Shown: positions 14,903 through 25,220 of the stretch, one piece after another
How the letters are laid out: every line of letters begins with the position of its first letter
Position numbering within the stretch: position 1 is the stretch's first letter
IMG/VR virus record: IMGVR_UViG_3300048073_000103
Location: 1 to 37,065 of that record
DNA: 37,065 nucleotides
DNA from: a virus
Lineage: Duplodnaviria; Caudoviricetes
Strand: one strand, 5' to 3'
Notes under the pieces: generated by a model
What the model saw: the letters and a program-made list of their open reading frames with translations, nothing else
Told to the model about the DNA's origin: nothing
The model's database searches: none
Made by a program: the position numbers and the translations under genes

Positions 14903-16747
14903 ACCGACATTAAAGAGCCGACCGCCCGCGAGACTGAACTCTTCGATAAAGCGAGGGGTCAGTTTGAGGCGGCTATCTGCAACAGTGTCTACCAGGACTG
15001 GTACCGTGACGCCGGTATAGCATATGGCTTCTATGACGGCTCCGGCCAGTGGACGGAGGAGGAGAAGGCAAGCGTTGCTGAGTTGGGCGTCGTCCCACTT
15101 ACCTACAACAAAATCCTGCCACGCCTGAACAACGTAGCCGGCATGGAAGTGCAGACCCGTACCAAGGTCACCTTCCGTGCCCGCAGCTATGACCAGAAGG
15201 AAAAGGACACCGCCGAAGCGCTTAGCGATTTGGCGATGTTCGTCCAGGACAAGAACAACTCCACCCACGTCCTCAGTCAGGTTGGCCACGATGCGCGCGT
15301 TTGCGGCCTCGGCTGGCATGAATTTGACGTGCAGGGCGGTGTCATCCGGGAATCACGCTCTGACCCGATGTTGACCATTCCCGATCTGGCTGATCGATCG
15401 CCCGGCCTCACCGAGCAGCGGTTTGTCGGGAAGGGCTGCTGGATGCCACGCAACCGGGTCAAGCAGAAGTGGAAGGACGCTGACGTTGATTCAGCGACGT
15501 TCGGCTTCTCTATGCCATTTGGCGGAGAGGCCTTCTGCCCGGTCACGACCTGTGGCGGGTATCTGAACCAAGAGACCGATATGCTCTTCGTGGTCGAGTG
15601 GAGCATTCGGGAACCCACGAAATACTACGAGGTCGTCGATAAGAGCAATCGCCTCGTCACCACCTTCAGCAAGAAAGAAGCCGGGCAGATGGCCCGGTTC
15701 AAGCCGGGGACGCGCGATAAAGACATCACCGAGCGCGACGGCTACAAAATCATCATCGTCTATTTCACCGGTTCTCTGCTGCTGGGTGTCCTCGAAGACA
15801 GTTACCAGCTCAACCCGGCCAAGGGCCTGTTCCTGCTGACGCCGACTGTCTGCTTCCGGGATAACGACACCGGCAAGCCCTACGGTCTGGTGCGTAACGC
15901 ACAGGATGCGCAGCGCGGGTACAACAAGACCAAGACCCGGCTGAAATGGTTGATGGCCGCTCACCAAGTCATCATGGAGGGCGATGCCGGCGACGATGCC
16001 GCTGTCCGCAGTGAAGCGGCTCGGCCAGATGGGGTGTTGATTGTTAAGGCTGGCAAGAAGCTCGAAATCAACCGCCACGAACAAGCCATTGCCCAGCACC
16101 TAGCCGCGCTGGAAAGCGACGACAAGGATATCCAGGCCGCGCTCGGCATTTATGATGAGAGCCTTGGTATCGAAACCAACGCCAACAGCGGGATTGCCAT
16201 CCAAAAGCGCCAGCTTGGATCTTCGCGAAACATGGCCATGGTTATCGACAACGCCCTCGCCGCGAAGAAGCGATGGGCAGAAAAGCTCCTGTACCTGATC
16301 CAATCCGTCTTCACCGACCAGACCGTTCTGTGGGTGACTGACGACCAGAATGAGATGAAACAGGTCACCATCAACCAGCCTGAGATCGATGCCCAAGGCA
16401 AGCCTATCAAGGACGCTCACGGCAACCCGGTGATGAAATACGACATCAAGACCGGCGTGTTTGACGTGTTCGTACAGGAGGTGCCGGACGTCTCTTCGCA
16501 GCAGGAAGTCGCACGTCAAATGGTCATCGATGTCCTGCCCAGTGTGGGCGGGCTCACAGGCGTCACGCCTGGCTTGCTGGAACTGCTCGGTGTGCCCGAG
16601 TCCTCCAAGCTTATGCAGGAAATCACAGCAGGCTTACCGCAGCAGATGGCCGCCCAGAAGGCCGCCACAGAAGCATCTGCAAAGAATTCAGTAGGAGGCA
16701 TAGCGCCGACGAACACCCCACCGCTAGGGGCGCCAATTCCGGCGTAA
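14903..16747 (+). CDS. Portal protein, P22-like (start codon unresolved)
   Basis: FYDGSGQWTEEE..LTYNKILP..NNVAG, PYGLVRNAQDAQRGYNK, NANSGIAIQKRQ; reading frame open from 14903 but first TTG is at 15083. Confidence 0.9.
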   Translation, partial: TDIKEPTARETELFDKARGQFEAAICNSVYQDWYRDAGIAYGFYDGSGQWTEEEKASVAELGVVPLTYNKILPRLNNVAGMEVQTRTKVTFRARSYDQKEKDTAEALSDLAMFVQDKNNSTHVLSQVGHDARVCGLGWHEFDVQGGVIRESRSDPMLTIPDLADRSPGLTEQRFVGKGCWMPRNRVKQKWKDADVDSATFGFSMPFGGEAFCPVTTCGGYLNQETDMLFVVEWSIREPTKYYEVVDKSNRLVTTFSKKEAGQMARFKPGTRDKDITERDGYKIIIVYFTGSLLLGVLEDSYQLNPAKGLFLLTPTVCFRDNDTGKPYGLVRNAQDAQRGYNKTKTRLKWLMAAHQVIMEGDAGDDAAVRSEAARPDGVLIVKAGKKLEINRHEQAIAQHLAALESDDKDIQAALGIYDESLGIETNANSGIAIQKRQLGSSRNMAMVIDNALAAKKRWAEKLLYLIQSVFTDQTVLWVTDDQNEMKQVTINQPEIDAQGKPIKDAHGNPVMKYDIKTGVFDVFVQEVPDVSSQQEVARQMVIDVLPSVGGLTGVTPGLLELLGVPESSKLMQEITAGLPQQMAAQKAATEASAKNSVGGIAPTNTPPLGAPIPA

Positions 16748-16776
16748 CGCGACCTACAACCACGGGAGTAGATGAC

Positions 16777-17532
16777 ATGACTGAACCGAACGAAGTGCAA
16801 ACCGCACCAGCGACTGACGAGGAAGTAATCGTTGACGAGATTGTGGAGCCCGAACCGGATGCCCCAGTCGAGGAAACGGCTGCTGAACCCGCGCCGGAAG
16901 CCGCGCCTGCACAAGCACCGCAAGCTGATACCGAAGAGGTGAAACGCTGGCGGGATACCGCGACGATAAGCAAAGGCCAGCTCTCGACGGCCATCCGGGC
17001 AATGAATGCCCTGAAAGCTCAAGGTGTGCTGACCGACGAAGCAATCGAAGAGGCGATGGTTGCGCAAGGACTTGACCCGAATGCTGTCCGCAGCGTTCTC
17101 AATCAAGAGCCGGCGCCGGCCAATCCGCTGCAAGCGATTGCCGGAAGGCTTGTAGAGGTCTTTGACCCGCGCAAGCCCAACGAAGTGAAGCATACCCTCG
17201 ATGAGGCGTATGGCGAGGACACCACCAAATACTTCGGTGCCTTCGATTGGCTGATTGGCGCCGACCCGGCTGAGCGTGAAGCTCTTGCAGCGGTTGAGCC
17301 GAGCAAAGCCGCTTCATATGCCGTTCGTCGCGGTAAGGAAATCTATGCCGAGTACGAAGATCTGAAAGGGCAGGGCTCCGTCCTGTCTGCTTACCGCACC
17401 TTGAAAAGTGCCAAGCCACCGTCTGAGGAAAGGCCGGTTCAGAGACAAGAAAGGGTGCCTCTCACTGGAGCGTCCACGCCGGCCGCGCAACCCGCGCGCC
17501 GACCTGGCAAGAGCTTCTATGATGAGGTGTAA
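16777..17532 (+). CDS. Probable capsid scaffolding protein
   Basis: Acidic Pro/Ala-rich N-terminus, helical body, between portal and capsid. Confidence 0.7.
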   Translation: MTEPNEVQTAPATDEEVIVDEIVEPEPDAPVEETAAEPAPEAAPAQAPQADTEEVKRWRDTATISKGQLSTAIRAMNALKAQGVLTDEAIEEAMVAQGLDPNAVRSVLNQEPAPANPLQAIAGRLVEVFDPRKPNEVKHTLDEAYGEDTTKYFGAFDWLIGADPAEREALAAVEPSKAASYAVRRGKEIYAEYEDLKGQGSVLSAYRTLKSAKPPSEERPVQRQERVPLTGASTPAAQPARRPGKSFYDEV

Positions 17533-17557
17533 AAACAACGCAACGAAAGTGAGGTAA

Positions 17558-18670
17558 ATGACGACATTTACTGAAAACGTAGCAACCGGCAGTTCCCTTA
17601 AACCAGTCAACGTGGCTGATAAGGTCTTCCGGGGCTATAAAGAAGATAACCGCTTCAAACGCATTATGGGTAGCGGTGAGAACAACATCATCAACGTCAA
17701 GTTCTTCGAGAAAGGCGACGGCGACAGCTTTAAGTTTCCGTTCTCCGCTGGCGTTCCGCTGAGTTCCTGGGTCTCTGGCACCACCGTCATGGCTGGTACC
17801 GGCGCTCAGTTGGTCAAGGTGACCGACGCGCTGTCTATTGGCCTGGCCCGTGTGCCGGTTCTGATTGACGGCTTCACCATGAGCCAGAACCGCGCGACGT
17901 TCGACCTGTACGAGAACGACACGCTCGAACTGATGCGCAGTGTGGGTGAAAAGACCGAAGACGTTATCTTGGCAGCTTTGCTGGATACTTCTGTTGGCCG
18001 CGTCAACGAGCGTTACGTTTATGGTTCGGACTACACGAACTATAACGCTACCGCCTCTGTGGCCAAGGCCAACGTCGATAACACCGACGACAAGCTGAAG
18101 CTCTCCGACATCAAGAACCTCGCCTTGGTTGCCAAGCGCAAGAAGACCTCTGGTGGTCTGCGGATGAACCCGTACCAGATCAAGAACGCCAACGGCGCTC
18201 CAGCTCGTAAGTGGGTCTATATCGGCCACCCGCTGACCATCCGTGACCTGAAGGATGACCCTCAGTTCCTGAACCTGGTCGTCTACAAGGACAACCCGGA
18301 GTTCGACCTCATCGCGGGTGCTGACTACATCGGTGAGTACGAAGGTGTGATGATCTATGAGCTGAACAACGAAACCATGTTGGAAGCTTCGGCAGGCGCG
18401 GGCGGTATCCAAATCGCTCACAACTTCCTGTTGGGTCGCAACGCAGTGGGTCTTGGCTTCGGTCAGGTTCCGCTGACGCCTGGCATCTCGGTCAAGAAGA
18501 CTGCTTCTCCCGAGAACCGCGGTGTTATCACGCTGATGGAAGGCGACCACGGCCAACAAATGGAAGCTGGCTTCACCTACGTTATCGGTGCCAAGCAGCT
18601 CTGTGAGAATACCTCCGGTACCTCGCAGGCGTTTGGCGTCATCCACCACTACGCTGCAGCGGTGGAGTAG
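17558..18670 (+). CDS. Major capsid protein (DUF4043 / N4 gp56-like)
   Basis: KGDGDSFKF, GHP..IRDLKDDP, IGEYEGVMIYE, FLLGRNA; GAGGT RBS; position. Confidence 0.85.
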   Translation: MTTFTENVATGSSLKPVNVADKVFRGYKEDNRFKRIMGSGENNIINVKFFEKGDGDSFKFPFSAGVPLSSWVSGTTVMAGTGAQLVKVTDALSIGLARVPVLIDGFTMSQNRATFDLYENDTLELMRSVGEKTEDVILAALLDTSVGRVNERYVYGSDYTNYNATASVAKANVDNTDDKLKLSDIKNLALVAKRKKTSGGLRMNPYQIKNANGAPARKWVYIGHPLTIRDLKDDPQFLNLVVYKDNPEFDLIAGADYIGEYEGVMIYELNNETMLEASAGAGGIQIAHNFLLGRNAVGLGFGQVPLTPGISVKKTASPENRGVITLMEGDHGQQMEAGFTYVIGAKQLCENTSGTSQAFGVIHHYAAAVE

Positions 18671-18675
18671 GCATC

Positions 18676-19053
18676 ATGAACAAGCAAACCAAACGCTTGG
18701 GCATGATGGCAGTAATGTTGGGCGCTCTCTCGGGCGCCCCGCATGCTGCGGATACCAGCACCAGCATCGTAGCTCGACAAACTCCAAAGCCGGTGGGCGT
18801 GTCTCCGCTGGTCAGTTACGTTCATGCCATCGCAACTGCTGTAGGCAGCTTTACGTATGACGTGCTCGATCCGAAGTCGAATGTGCCAGCATCCAAAATT
18901 GCGGGATGCGTTACCACCTTCGAGAAGTCGGATGGGACAGGGGAAGTGTTGAAGGCGACCCGCAGCGGCCGAACGATGACAATTTCTGCCGGTGTCAGTG
19001 ACACTGTGGCAGTGAGCGACACCGCGCGTACCATCTGTGTCCTGAAGCCCTAA
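18676..19053 (+). CDS. Virion-module protein with signal-peptide-like N-terminus
   Basis: MNKQTKRLGMMAVMLGALSGAPHAA; beta-rich remainder. Confidence 0.7.
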   Translation: MNKQTKRLGMMAVMLGALSGAPHAADTSTSIVARQTPKPVGVSPLVSYVHAIATAVGSFTYDVLDPKSNVPASKIAGCVTTFEKSDGTGEVLKATRSGRTMTISAGVSDTVAVSDTARTICVLKP

Positions 19054-19098
19054 GCCAATGGGGCGGCTATATGCCCCTAAATAATTGAAAGACGAGAA

Positions 19099-19740
19099 GT
19101 GCCAACTGCCGCCCAACTCATAACGAATATCCGCAGCCTCGCCCTGGTGGGGACAACCGGCGCGGTCGATCTGACGCGGGTGGAGGCGTACTTCAACATG
19201 GCCTACCGGGAAATCTACGAGAAGGTTGCCGAGCGCTACCCTTGGTTCGTCCAGGATACACAGGATGTCGTGATGACGGCCGGGAGTGGTACGTTTGTCA
19301 CACAGCCACTCACAATCCTCAGCATCCGGGATGTGGGCAACAGCCTGACCGAATTGTGCGCAACCGACGTGCTCGCGGTTGAGAAATGCGACCCCGGTCT
19401 CGATGACACCGGCAAGCCCGACAAGTATTACGTCAACGGTTTTACCAAGCTCCGTTCGCATCCATTGAATGACACTACCCTGCGGGTTCGATACACCCCC
19501 AACCCCGCTACGTTGGACAATAGCAGCCCGGAATCGGCCATCATGCTCCAGCCCGTGCACCACGATGTACTGACGTGGAAGACGCTGAAACTCATGGCCT
19601 ATGATGAGCGAGACAAGGTCGTCGGCGCTGAGTTGGCCTACAACAAGGAAGCTGACGAGGCCGCAGAAGACCGTATGTGGCGCTGGTTCGATGCCCATGC
19701 ACCCAAGTCCAGCCAACCAGTGAAAAGCTATCTGGGTTGA
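19099..19740 (+). CDS. Head-tail adaptor (tail tubular protein A-like)
   Basis: YFNMAYREI, TGKPDKYY, position after capsid. Confidence 0.7.
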   Translation: MPTAAQLITNIRSLALVGTTGAVDLTRVEAYFNMAYREIYEKVAERYPWFVQDTQDVVMTAGSGTFVTQPLTILSIRDVGNSLTELCATDVLAVEKCDPGLDDTGKPDKYYVNGFTKLRSHPLNDTTLRVRYTPNPATLDNSSPESAIMLQPVHHDVLTWKTLKLMAYDERDKVVGAELAYNKEADEAAEDRMWRWFDAHAPKSSQPVKSYLG

Positions 19741-21572
19741 GCGGCACGCGGCTCGGTCTGTTCGATGGGCGCCTGCTGACGCTCTTTCCGCGCGCTCTCC
19801 TGAATACGGCCCTCAGCCCAACTCTCGTTGTCAAGGACAAGCAGGCCCGGCAAATCGTCAACATCATCCCCAATACCAATAAAGCGGGGAGTGGTGCGAA
19901 GCGGTTTGGCTTGGTCGCCAAGGGCGCCGCCGCTGTCGGCTCCACCCTCGTGGGAGAGCCCTTCGAGTATCGCAAAGGCGACGGTACAATCCAATTCATT
20001 CAGTATTTTAGTGACGGCTCGTTGTGGACGCTGAACGAATCCACGGGGGTCTATACCAGCATCAAAACCGGCCTTAACGTCCTCGGCACGGTCGGTGCGG
20101 TGCCCTTCAACAACAAGCTGATATTTTACAACGGGATGAACCAGCCATTCAGTTGGGACGGGGCGAGCTGCACAGATCTAGGGGAGTATGTGACGGACGT
20201 TCTCGCCGCAACGTCGCCAACACAGACATCAACGAGCCAATTTACTCTTCAGCCGGGCGGGGTACGGGGCGCCAGTGACTATCCGAATGGCCGGGCCATC
20301 AGGGTGACCTTTGCTACCGCCGGGGTGATATCGGCGGTCGTCGCCTCGACCTCTTACAATGCTGGTACCAATACGCTGACGGTCAACGTGACCGGCACGC
20401 CTTTCCCGAACCCGAATCAGGTTATCAGCACGGTGGAGTATTTCGCCAAGCCGCCCGCGTTCAGCTTCATGGATGCGGAGTTTGACATGCTGTGGGGTCT
20501 CTCTCCGGGCGAGTTGAAGGCGAAGGTCTACCGCGGCGCCGATGGGATGAAGGTCTACTACCAAGCCGCCCTGAACAACGAAAACTCCTGGTACGATTAT
20601 GTAGGTTCTGCGCCGACGCAGGATGTTCCGTATATCAACCTGCGGAACAAGGCTCGGGTGTTCGACGAGCTGGTCGCCATCAGCACCATTGACGGCAATC
20701 GGTGCTTCCATGGCCGTAACCAGCTCTACATCTATTCAGGTGACGACCCGTCTACGGCTGGCAGCTTCGTATGGGTAAAGACGATCCCGGTGGGGACGGT
20801 TCACCAGAAGCTCGTCCAGAGGTTTCCCGGCGATACGCTGTTCTTCACGCCCTATGGCGCCCGGTCGTTACGTCGGGTGTTCCAGACGGAGGCGGCGGAG
20901 GTTGTGCCGGACCTGGGCTCGGATATTGACCCGACGGTGCAGTCCAAAATCAACACGCTGTTTTCCGGGGATGCGGAATACAAGAAGGCGCGTAGTTTCT
21001 ACTACGCCAGAGACGGGCTGTACGGCTTCAAACTGGATGATGAAAGCCTGCTCGTCTACGTCCTGAGCGAGCAGAGCAAGGGCTGGGTGCTGTTCACCGG
21101 TTACTTTGCCGACGCTCAAGGGTTCCTCGGCACGACCGATGGGCGACTGTTGGTCTCACGGTCATCGCAGTTGTACGTGTACGCGAACGGCACCGACGCG
21201 ATTGGTGGAACGACCTACAGTGATGGCGGGACGCCAATTGAATGCAGATGGTGGCTGCCATGGATTCAGACAGGTGGGCGGTGGAGTAATCACGCCGTGG
21301 AAGTTCTCATCGAGCAGTCAGTTGAGGGCACAATCTATCTTGACCGATTCACCGACTATAATGAGCAGGATGTTGTAACGAGCACGGCGTTGGTTACCGG
21401 CTCCGGGCCGATGTGGGACGAAGCGCAACTCGATGTAGACCTATGGGACGGGGTGACCAGTAATCCAGTGGTCAGCGATAAGTTCTTGTGTGACAATTTC
21501 TCGTATCTGCTCCGGCACAATGACACGGATGGGCCGCGCTCCATCCTCGGCATCAGACCAATAGGAAGATAA
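19737..21572 (+). CDS. Tail nozzle / stabilisation protein (P22 gp10 or tubular protein B-like)
   Basis: ~610 aa beta-rich, KRFG near N-terminus; TTGA overlap start inferred. Confidence 0.7.
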   Translation: MSGTRLGLFDGRLLTLFPRALLNTALSPTLVVKDKQARQIVNIIPNTNKAGSGAKRFGLVAKGAAAVGSTLVGEPFEYRKGDGTIQFIQYFSDGSLWTLNESTGVYTSIKTGLNVLGTVGAVPFNNKLIFYNGMNQPFSWDGASCTDLGEYVTDVLAATSPTQTSTSQFTLQPGGVRGASDYPNGRAIRVTFATAGVISAVVASTSYNAGTNTLTVNVTGTPFPNPNQVISTVEYFAKPPAFSFMDAEFDMLWGLSPGELKAKVYRGADGMKVYYQAALNNENSWYDYVGSAPTQDVPYINLRNKARVFDELVAISTIDGNRCFHGRNQLYIYSGDDPSTAGSFVWVKTIPVGTVHQKLVQRFPGDTLFFTPYGARSLRRVFQTEAAEVVPDLGSDIDPTVQSKINTLFSGDAEYKKARSFYYARDGLYGFKLDDESLLVYVLSEQSKGWVLFTGYFADAQGFLGTTDGRLLVSRSSQLYVYANGTDAIGGTTYSDGGTPIECRWWLPWIQTGGRWSNHAVEVLIEQSVEGTIYLDRFTDYNEQDVVTSTALVTGSGPMWDEAQLDVDLWDGVTSNPVVSDKFLCDNFSYLLRHNDTDGPRSILGIRPIGR

Positions 21573-21576
21573 AAAT

Positions 21577-22497
21577 GTGAACGTCTTGAAGCTACTCACC
21601 CTTCTCCTGGCACTTGTTGCCGGATCTGCTGCTGCTGCAACGTGGGAACGCCCCGCCGGCGCCTATACTCCCAGCAATCACTCCGTCAATATCACCAAAT
21701 ATCAGACGGATAGCGCCAACCACGTCGCAATCTCTTCGGCGAAAGTTGACGGCGATATCAACAAAGCCTTTCAGGCCCTCAACGATATTGAAGGGCGCAC
21801 ACCGCCTTCGGTGAGCGGAAATGGCGGCAAGTTCCTCACCAATGACGGCTCTGCCGCGAGCTGGTCTTATATCACCAGTGCGACCATTCGAAGTGTGTCC
21901 GCAACGAGCGGGCAGGCGCTTACGGCTGATGGGGCAGGGTCAACCACCTGGTCAACGCTGGCGCTGGTGCCGGTGGGCGTCACTCTTCCTTTCGCCGGCC
22001 TTAGCTCCACTGTTCCCTCCGGGTGGATTATCGAGGCCGGTCAGTCCGTGAGCCGTACGGGCGTCTATGCCAACCTGTTTGCGGTCATCGGTACGACCTA
22101 CGGATCGAACGACGGCAACAGCTTCAGCCTGCCGGACTTGCGGGGCCGGGTCATTGCCGGTCTCGATAACATGGGAGGCGTTGCAGCCGGACGGGTGAGC
22201 CTGACAACCTCGGGGATTAGCGGAACCATTCTTGGTGCTGCCGGTGGCGACCAGCGCATGCAGGCGCACACCCACACGGCAACTGTCACCGACCCCGGTC
22301 ACTTCCACAATATGCAAGGCAGCGGTTCGGGTTCAAGCGGCGCAACTACTGCACAGCAAAACCCTGGCACAGGCTCAGATTCCAAGCCGACCAGCGTGGC
22401 CCTTACCGGCATTGGCGTTTCAAACTCCATAGCAGGTCTCGGCAATAGCGAAAACATGCAGCCGACCATGATGATGAACTGGATTATCAAATACTAA
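21577..22497 (+). CDS. Tail fibre protein with tail-collar domain
   Basis: PVGVTLPFAG..VPSGW..GQSVSRT.YANLFAVIGTTYG..FSLPDLRGR; ENMQPT..NWIIKY. Confidence 0.9.
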   Translation: MNVLKLLTLLLALVAGSAAAATWERPAGAYTPSNHSVNITKYQTDSANHVAISSAKVDGDINKAFQALNDIEGRTPPSVSGNGGKFLTNDGSAASWSYITSATIRSVSATSGQALTADGAGSTTWSTLALVPVGVTLPFAGLSSTVPSGWIIEAGQSVSRTGVYANLFAVIGTTYGSNDGNSFSLPDLRGRVIAGLDNMGGVAAGRVSLTTSGISGTILGAAGGDQRMQAHTHTATVTDPGHFHNMQGSGSGSSGATTAQQNPGTGSDSKPTSVALTGIGVSNSIAGLGNSENMQPTMMMNWIIKY

Positions 22498-22925
22498 TGA
22501 GACACTGGCTGCCCCTCAACCCAATTCAGACCGTGGCTGCTGTAGGTGGCTGGCTTTCATCTGTCGTGGACGCGCCGGAAGGTGCGGCTCTTGCCAATCA
22601 CCTGGATGGCTTGGACAGTTACGTGCTTCTGATGGATGCGAAGGCGGTGGGGTGGCTTGCTGTCGAGAAGCAAAGCGAAGGCCCGATGATACGCGGCTTC
22701 GTCATCCATCCCGAATACCGCAAACGCTGGGTGTCAAAAGCCGTCCTTGGGCAACTGGAATTGATCTTCTTCGGCTATGGCGATTTCATCTACATGGAGC
22801 CGGATAACGTCAACATCATAGAAAATGCGTTGCAGCTTGGCGCAAAGCAGCTTTATGATTCAAACATGCAAGCGACCGGAAAGCTGGTTTTCACGAAAAG
22901 CTCATTCAACAGGAGGCTTCATTGA
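22497..22925 (+). CDS. GNAT-fold acetyltransferase-like protein
   Basis: FVIHPEYRKRW motif-A-like, N..ALQLG; common position in podovirus virion modules. Confidence 0.55.
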   Translation: MRHWLPLNPIQTVAAVGGWLSSVVDAPEGAALANHLDGLDSYVLLMDAKAVGWLAVEKQSEGPMIRGFVIHPEYRKRWVSKAVLGQLELIFFGYGDFIYMEPDNVNIIENALQLGAKQLYDSNMQATGKLVFTKSSFNRRLH

Positions 22926-23711
22926 GTGAGCAGTCTCTTCGGTTCCGCACCTGCTGCACCTCCCGCTCCGCCGCCCGTTGAGTACGTCAACACGCGAGAT
23001 GAGGTCGGCGGTACGCAAAGCAACTACGTCACCAACCCTGATGGCACGAAGACGCTCGTCACCAGTCAGTTGCCTCTTACCGCCGAACAGCAAGCCTACA
23101 AAGATCAGCTCAACCAGATTGCGACGGACAGCCTCGATTGGGTCAACAAGCTTTCAACTAACTTCGATATCAATGACCCATCTTTGTCCTGGCTGAAGGA
23201 TGAAGTCCAGAATTATACCGATACTCAGGTGCAGGGTGCCGACAAGGCTCTCGCTGACCGCGCCAATCAGGAAGAGAAGTCCCTCGCACGCTTCGGGCAG
23301 GCAGACAGCACTGCTGGCATCAAAACACGGGAGCAGCGCGGGCTCGATTACAGCAATTCCCGTACGCAAATCACACGAGACGCTTCGTCAATTCAGGACC
23401 AGCTTAAACAACAGGCGCTCGGCAATGCGACCAACCTCTACTCTTTGGCGACGGGTAGCCTGAATACGCAGCTCGGTCAGTTGATGGACTCGATCAAGAC
23501 CGGCCAGAACTTCCAACTTCAGGATGGAAGCCTTCAGCAGAACCGTAATCTCGCCATTTACCAGGGCGGAATTCAACAGCAAGGAATTAAGGCGCAAAGC
23601 GATGCCGCCAACTTGGCTAACCTCGCGCAGATTGCCGGTCTTGCTACCTACGCCGCTGGGCCGCAAGGGTTCGCGTTGTTTGGCGGCGCAAAAGCAGCGG
23701 CGGGTAAATAG
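22926..23711 (+). CDS. Internal virion / DNA ejection protein
   Basis: MSSLFGSAPAAPPAPPP start, Gln/Ala-rich helical. Confidence 0.65.
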   Translation: MSSLFGSAPAAPPAPPPVEYVNTRDEVGGTQSNYVTNPDGTKTLVTSQLPLTAEQQAYKDQLNQIATDSLDWVNKLSTNFDINDPSLSWLKDEVQNYTDTQVQGADKALADRANQEEKSLARFGQADSTAGIKTREQRGLDYSNSRTQITRDASSIQDQLKQQALGNATNLYSLATGSLNTQLGQLMDSIKTGQNFQLQDGSLQQNRNLAIYQGGIQQQGIKAQSDAANLANLAQIAGLATYAAGPQGFALFGGAKAAAGK

Positions 23712-25220
23712 ATGGCTGATTTGAACACTTCCAATATCGAGGACATCCTGAGCCAGCCCAATGCTGAAGACCAGGCGGCTTCAAGTCTTTCCTCGATTGC
23801 GGGTGGCTTCACTCCGAACTCGCCGCTGTCGGCCATCCTCAAGGGCGTCGTGGGTGGTATTGCCATGACGAAGAAAGGGCAGGCGCAGACCCGTCGCGAG
23901 GTCGAGACGCAAAAACTGCGGGAGTTGGCGCAATACCAAATCGATGTGAAGAAGCATCAGGCGCAAGTCGAGAACATGGTTGCGTCTCATACTGAGGGTG
24001 TACAGACCGGCAACCAGCTCGCGCAAGGTATTGAACAGGCCCAGATGGGTGACGAGAGCGGTATAAAGAACTGGCTGGCGTCCAGCCCGGCAACGCAAGC
24101 TGTCCTCAAAGACCGTCTCGGGGTGCCGGTGGAGAGTGCCAAGGTCATCAACGTCAACGGCGTGGATATGATCCAGCCCTATGGGCGGGACACCAATGGC
24201 AACATAGTGATGGATCCTAACCCTGTTCCTGTGGACGCCTATTTAAAATCCTATGCACCGGACGCCTACGCTGCCCGAGCAGAACAGCGGTTGCAGGCGA
24301 CGGCGGGCAACCTGAAGAATCAAAACCTTGCCGCTGACTTAGCTACCGAACAAGCACGGGCCAAGGCGATTGGTGAGAGACCTGCTCCTGTTGCTGATGC
24401 AACGGTGGCGGCTACTCCGGCGGAAGCTTCGACAACGGCAACCGGCGAAGAGTTTTTGAAGACGCTGGAGCCGTCGGTGTCTGCCCAAGTCAAAGCGTTG
24501 GCAGAAGGGCGTTCCGCATTCCCGACCGGTACCGCGCTGAAATCACCTTATTGGCAGCAAATGTTGGACAGCGTGGCGAAGTACGACCCCAACTTCGATG
24601 CTGTAAACTACAACGCACGGGCCAAAACGCGCTCCGACTTCACTTCCGGTAAATCGGCAACAACCATCAACGCCATCAATACGGCGATCGGGCACCTTGA
24701 AACGCTCAGCAAGGCGGCTGACGGATTGAATAATGGCAGCTTCCCGGCGCTCAACAAGGTTATGAATGCCGCTGTGTCCGCCAGTGGCAGCCCACAGGTC
24801 GCCAAATTCAAAGCGGCTGTGCAGCCAGTCGTGGAAGAGCTGACGAAGGTTTACCGCGGCACGGGGGGCAACGAGGCGGATATTCAAGACCGGAAGGCGT
24901 TGCTTGATGCAGCGAACTCGCCCGAGCAACTTCATGGCGCCATCAATCAAATGGCAGATCTGCTGGAATCGAAGGTTCACGCCCTCGGCGACCAGTACAA
25001 TCAAGGCATGGGAACCACAAAAAACCCACTGTCCCTCGTCACTTCAAAGTCTGCGAAGATCCTGAACGATATTCGCAAGAAGGCCGGAGAAGCACCCGTA
25101 ACTGTGGAGGGAGCCCCTGCGGAGGCCGCTCCTGCGGTTCAAGAGGGCGCAACAGCCACCAACCCCAACACGGGCGAGAAACGAATTTATAAGGGCGGCC
25201 AATGGGTGCCGCTCAAGTAG
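23712..25220 (+). CDS. Internal virion / DNA ejection protein
   Basis: Ala/Gln-rich helical; C-terminal EGATATNPNTGEKRIYKGGQWVP. Confidence 0.7.
   Translation: MADLNTSNIEDILSQPNAEDQAASSLSSIAGGFTPNSPLSAILKGVVGGIAMTKKGQAQTRREVETQKLRELAQYQIDVKKHQAQVENMVASHTEGVQTGNQLAQGIEQAQMGDESGIKNWLASSPATQAVLKDRLGVPVESAKVINVNGVDMIQPYGRDTNGNIVMDPNPVPVDAYLKSYAPDAYAARAEQRLQATAGNLKNQNLAADLATEQARAKAIGERPAPVADATVAATPAEASTTATGEEFLKTLEPSVSAQVKALAEGRSAFPTGTALKSPYWQQMLDSVAKYDPNFDAVNYNARAKTRSDFTSGKSATTINAINTAIGHLETLSKAADGLNNGSFPALNKVMNAAVSASGSPQVAKFKAAVQPVVEELTKVYRGTGGNEADIQDRKALLDAANSPEQLHGAINQMADLLESKVHALGDQYNQGMGTTKNPLSLVTSKSAKILNDIRKKAGEAPVTVEGAPAEAAPAVQEGATATNPNTGEKRIYKGGQWVPLK

Noticed and set aside
17462-19716. 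Long minus-strand ORFs (395 aa and 355 aa) opposite the capsid and adaptor genes
   Set aside because: Antisense shadows of well-supported genes in GC-rich DNA; no recognisable motifs
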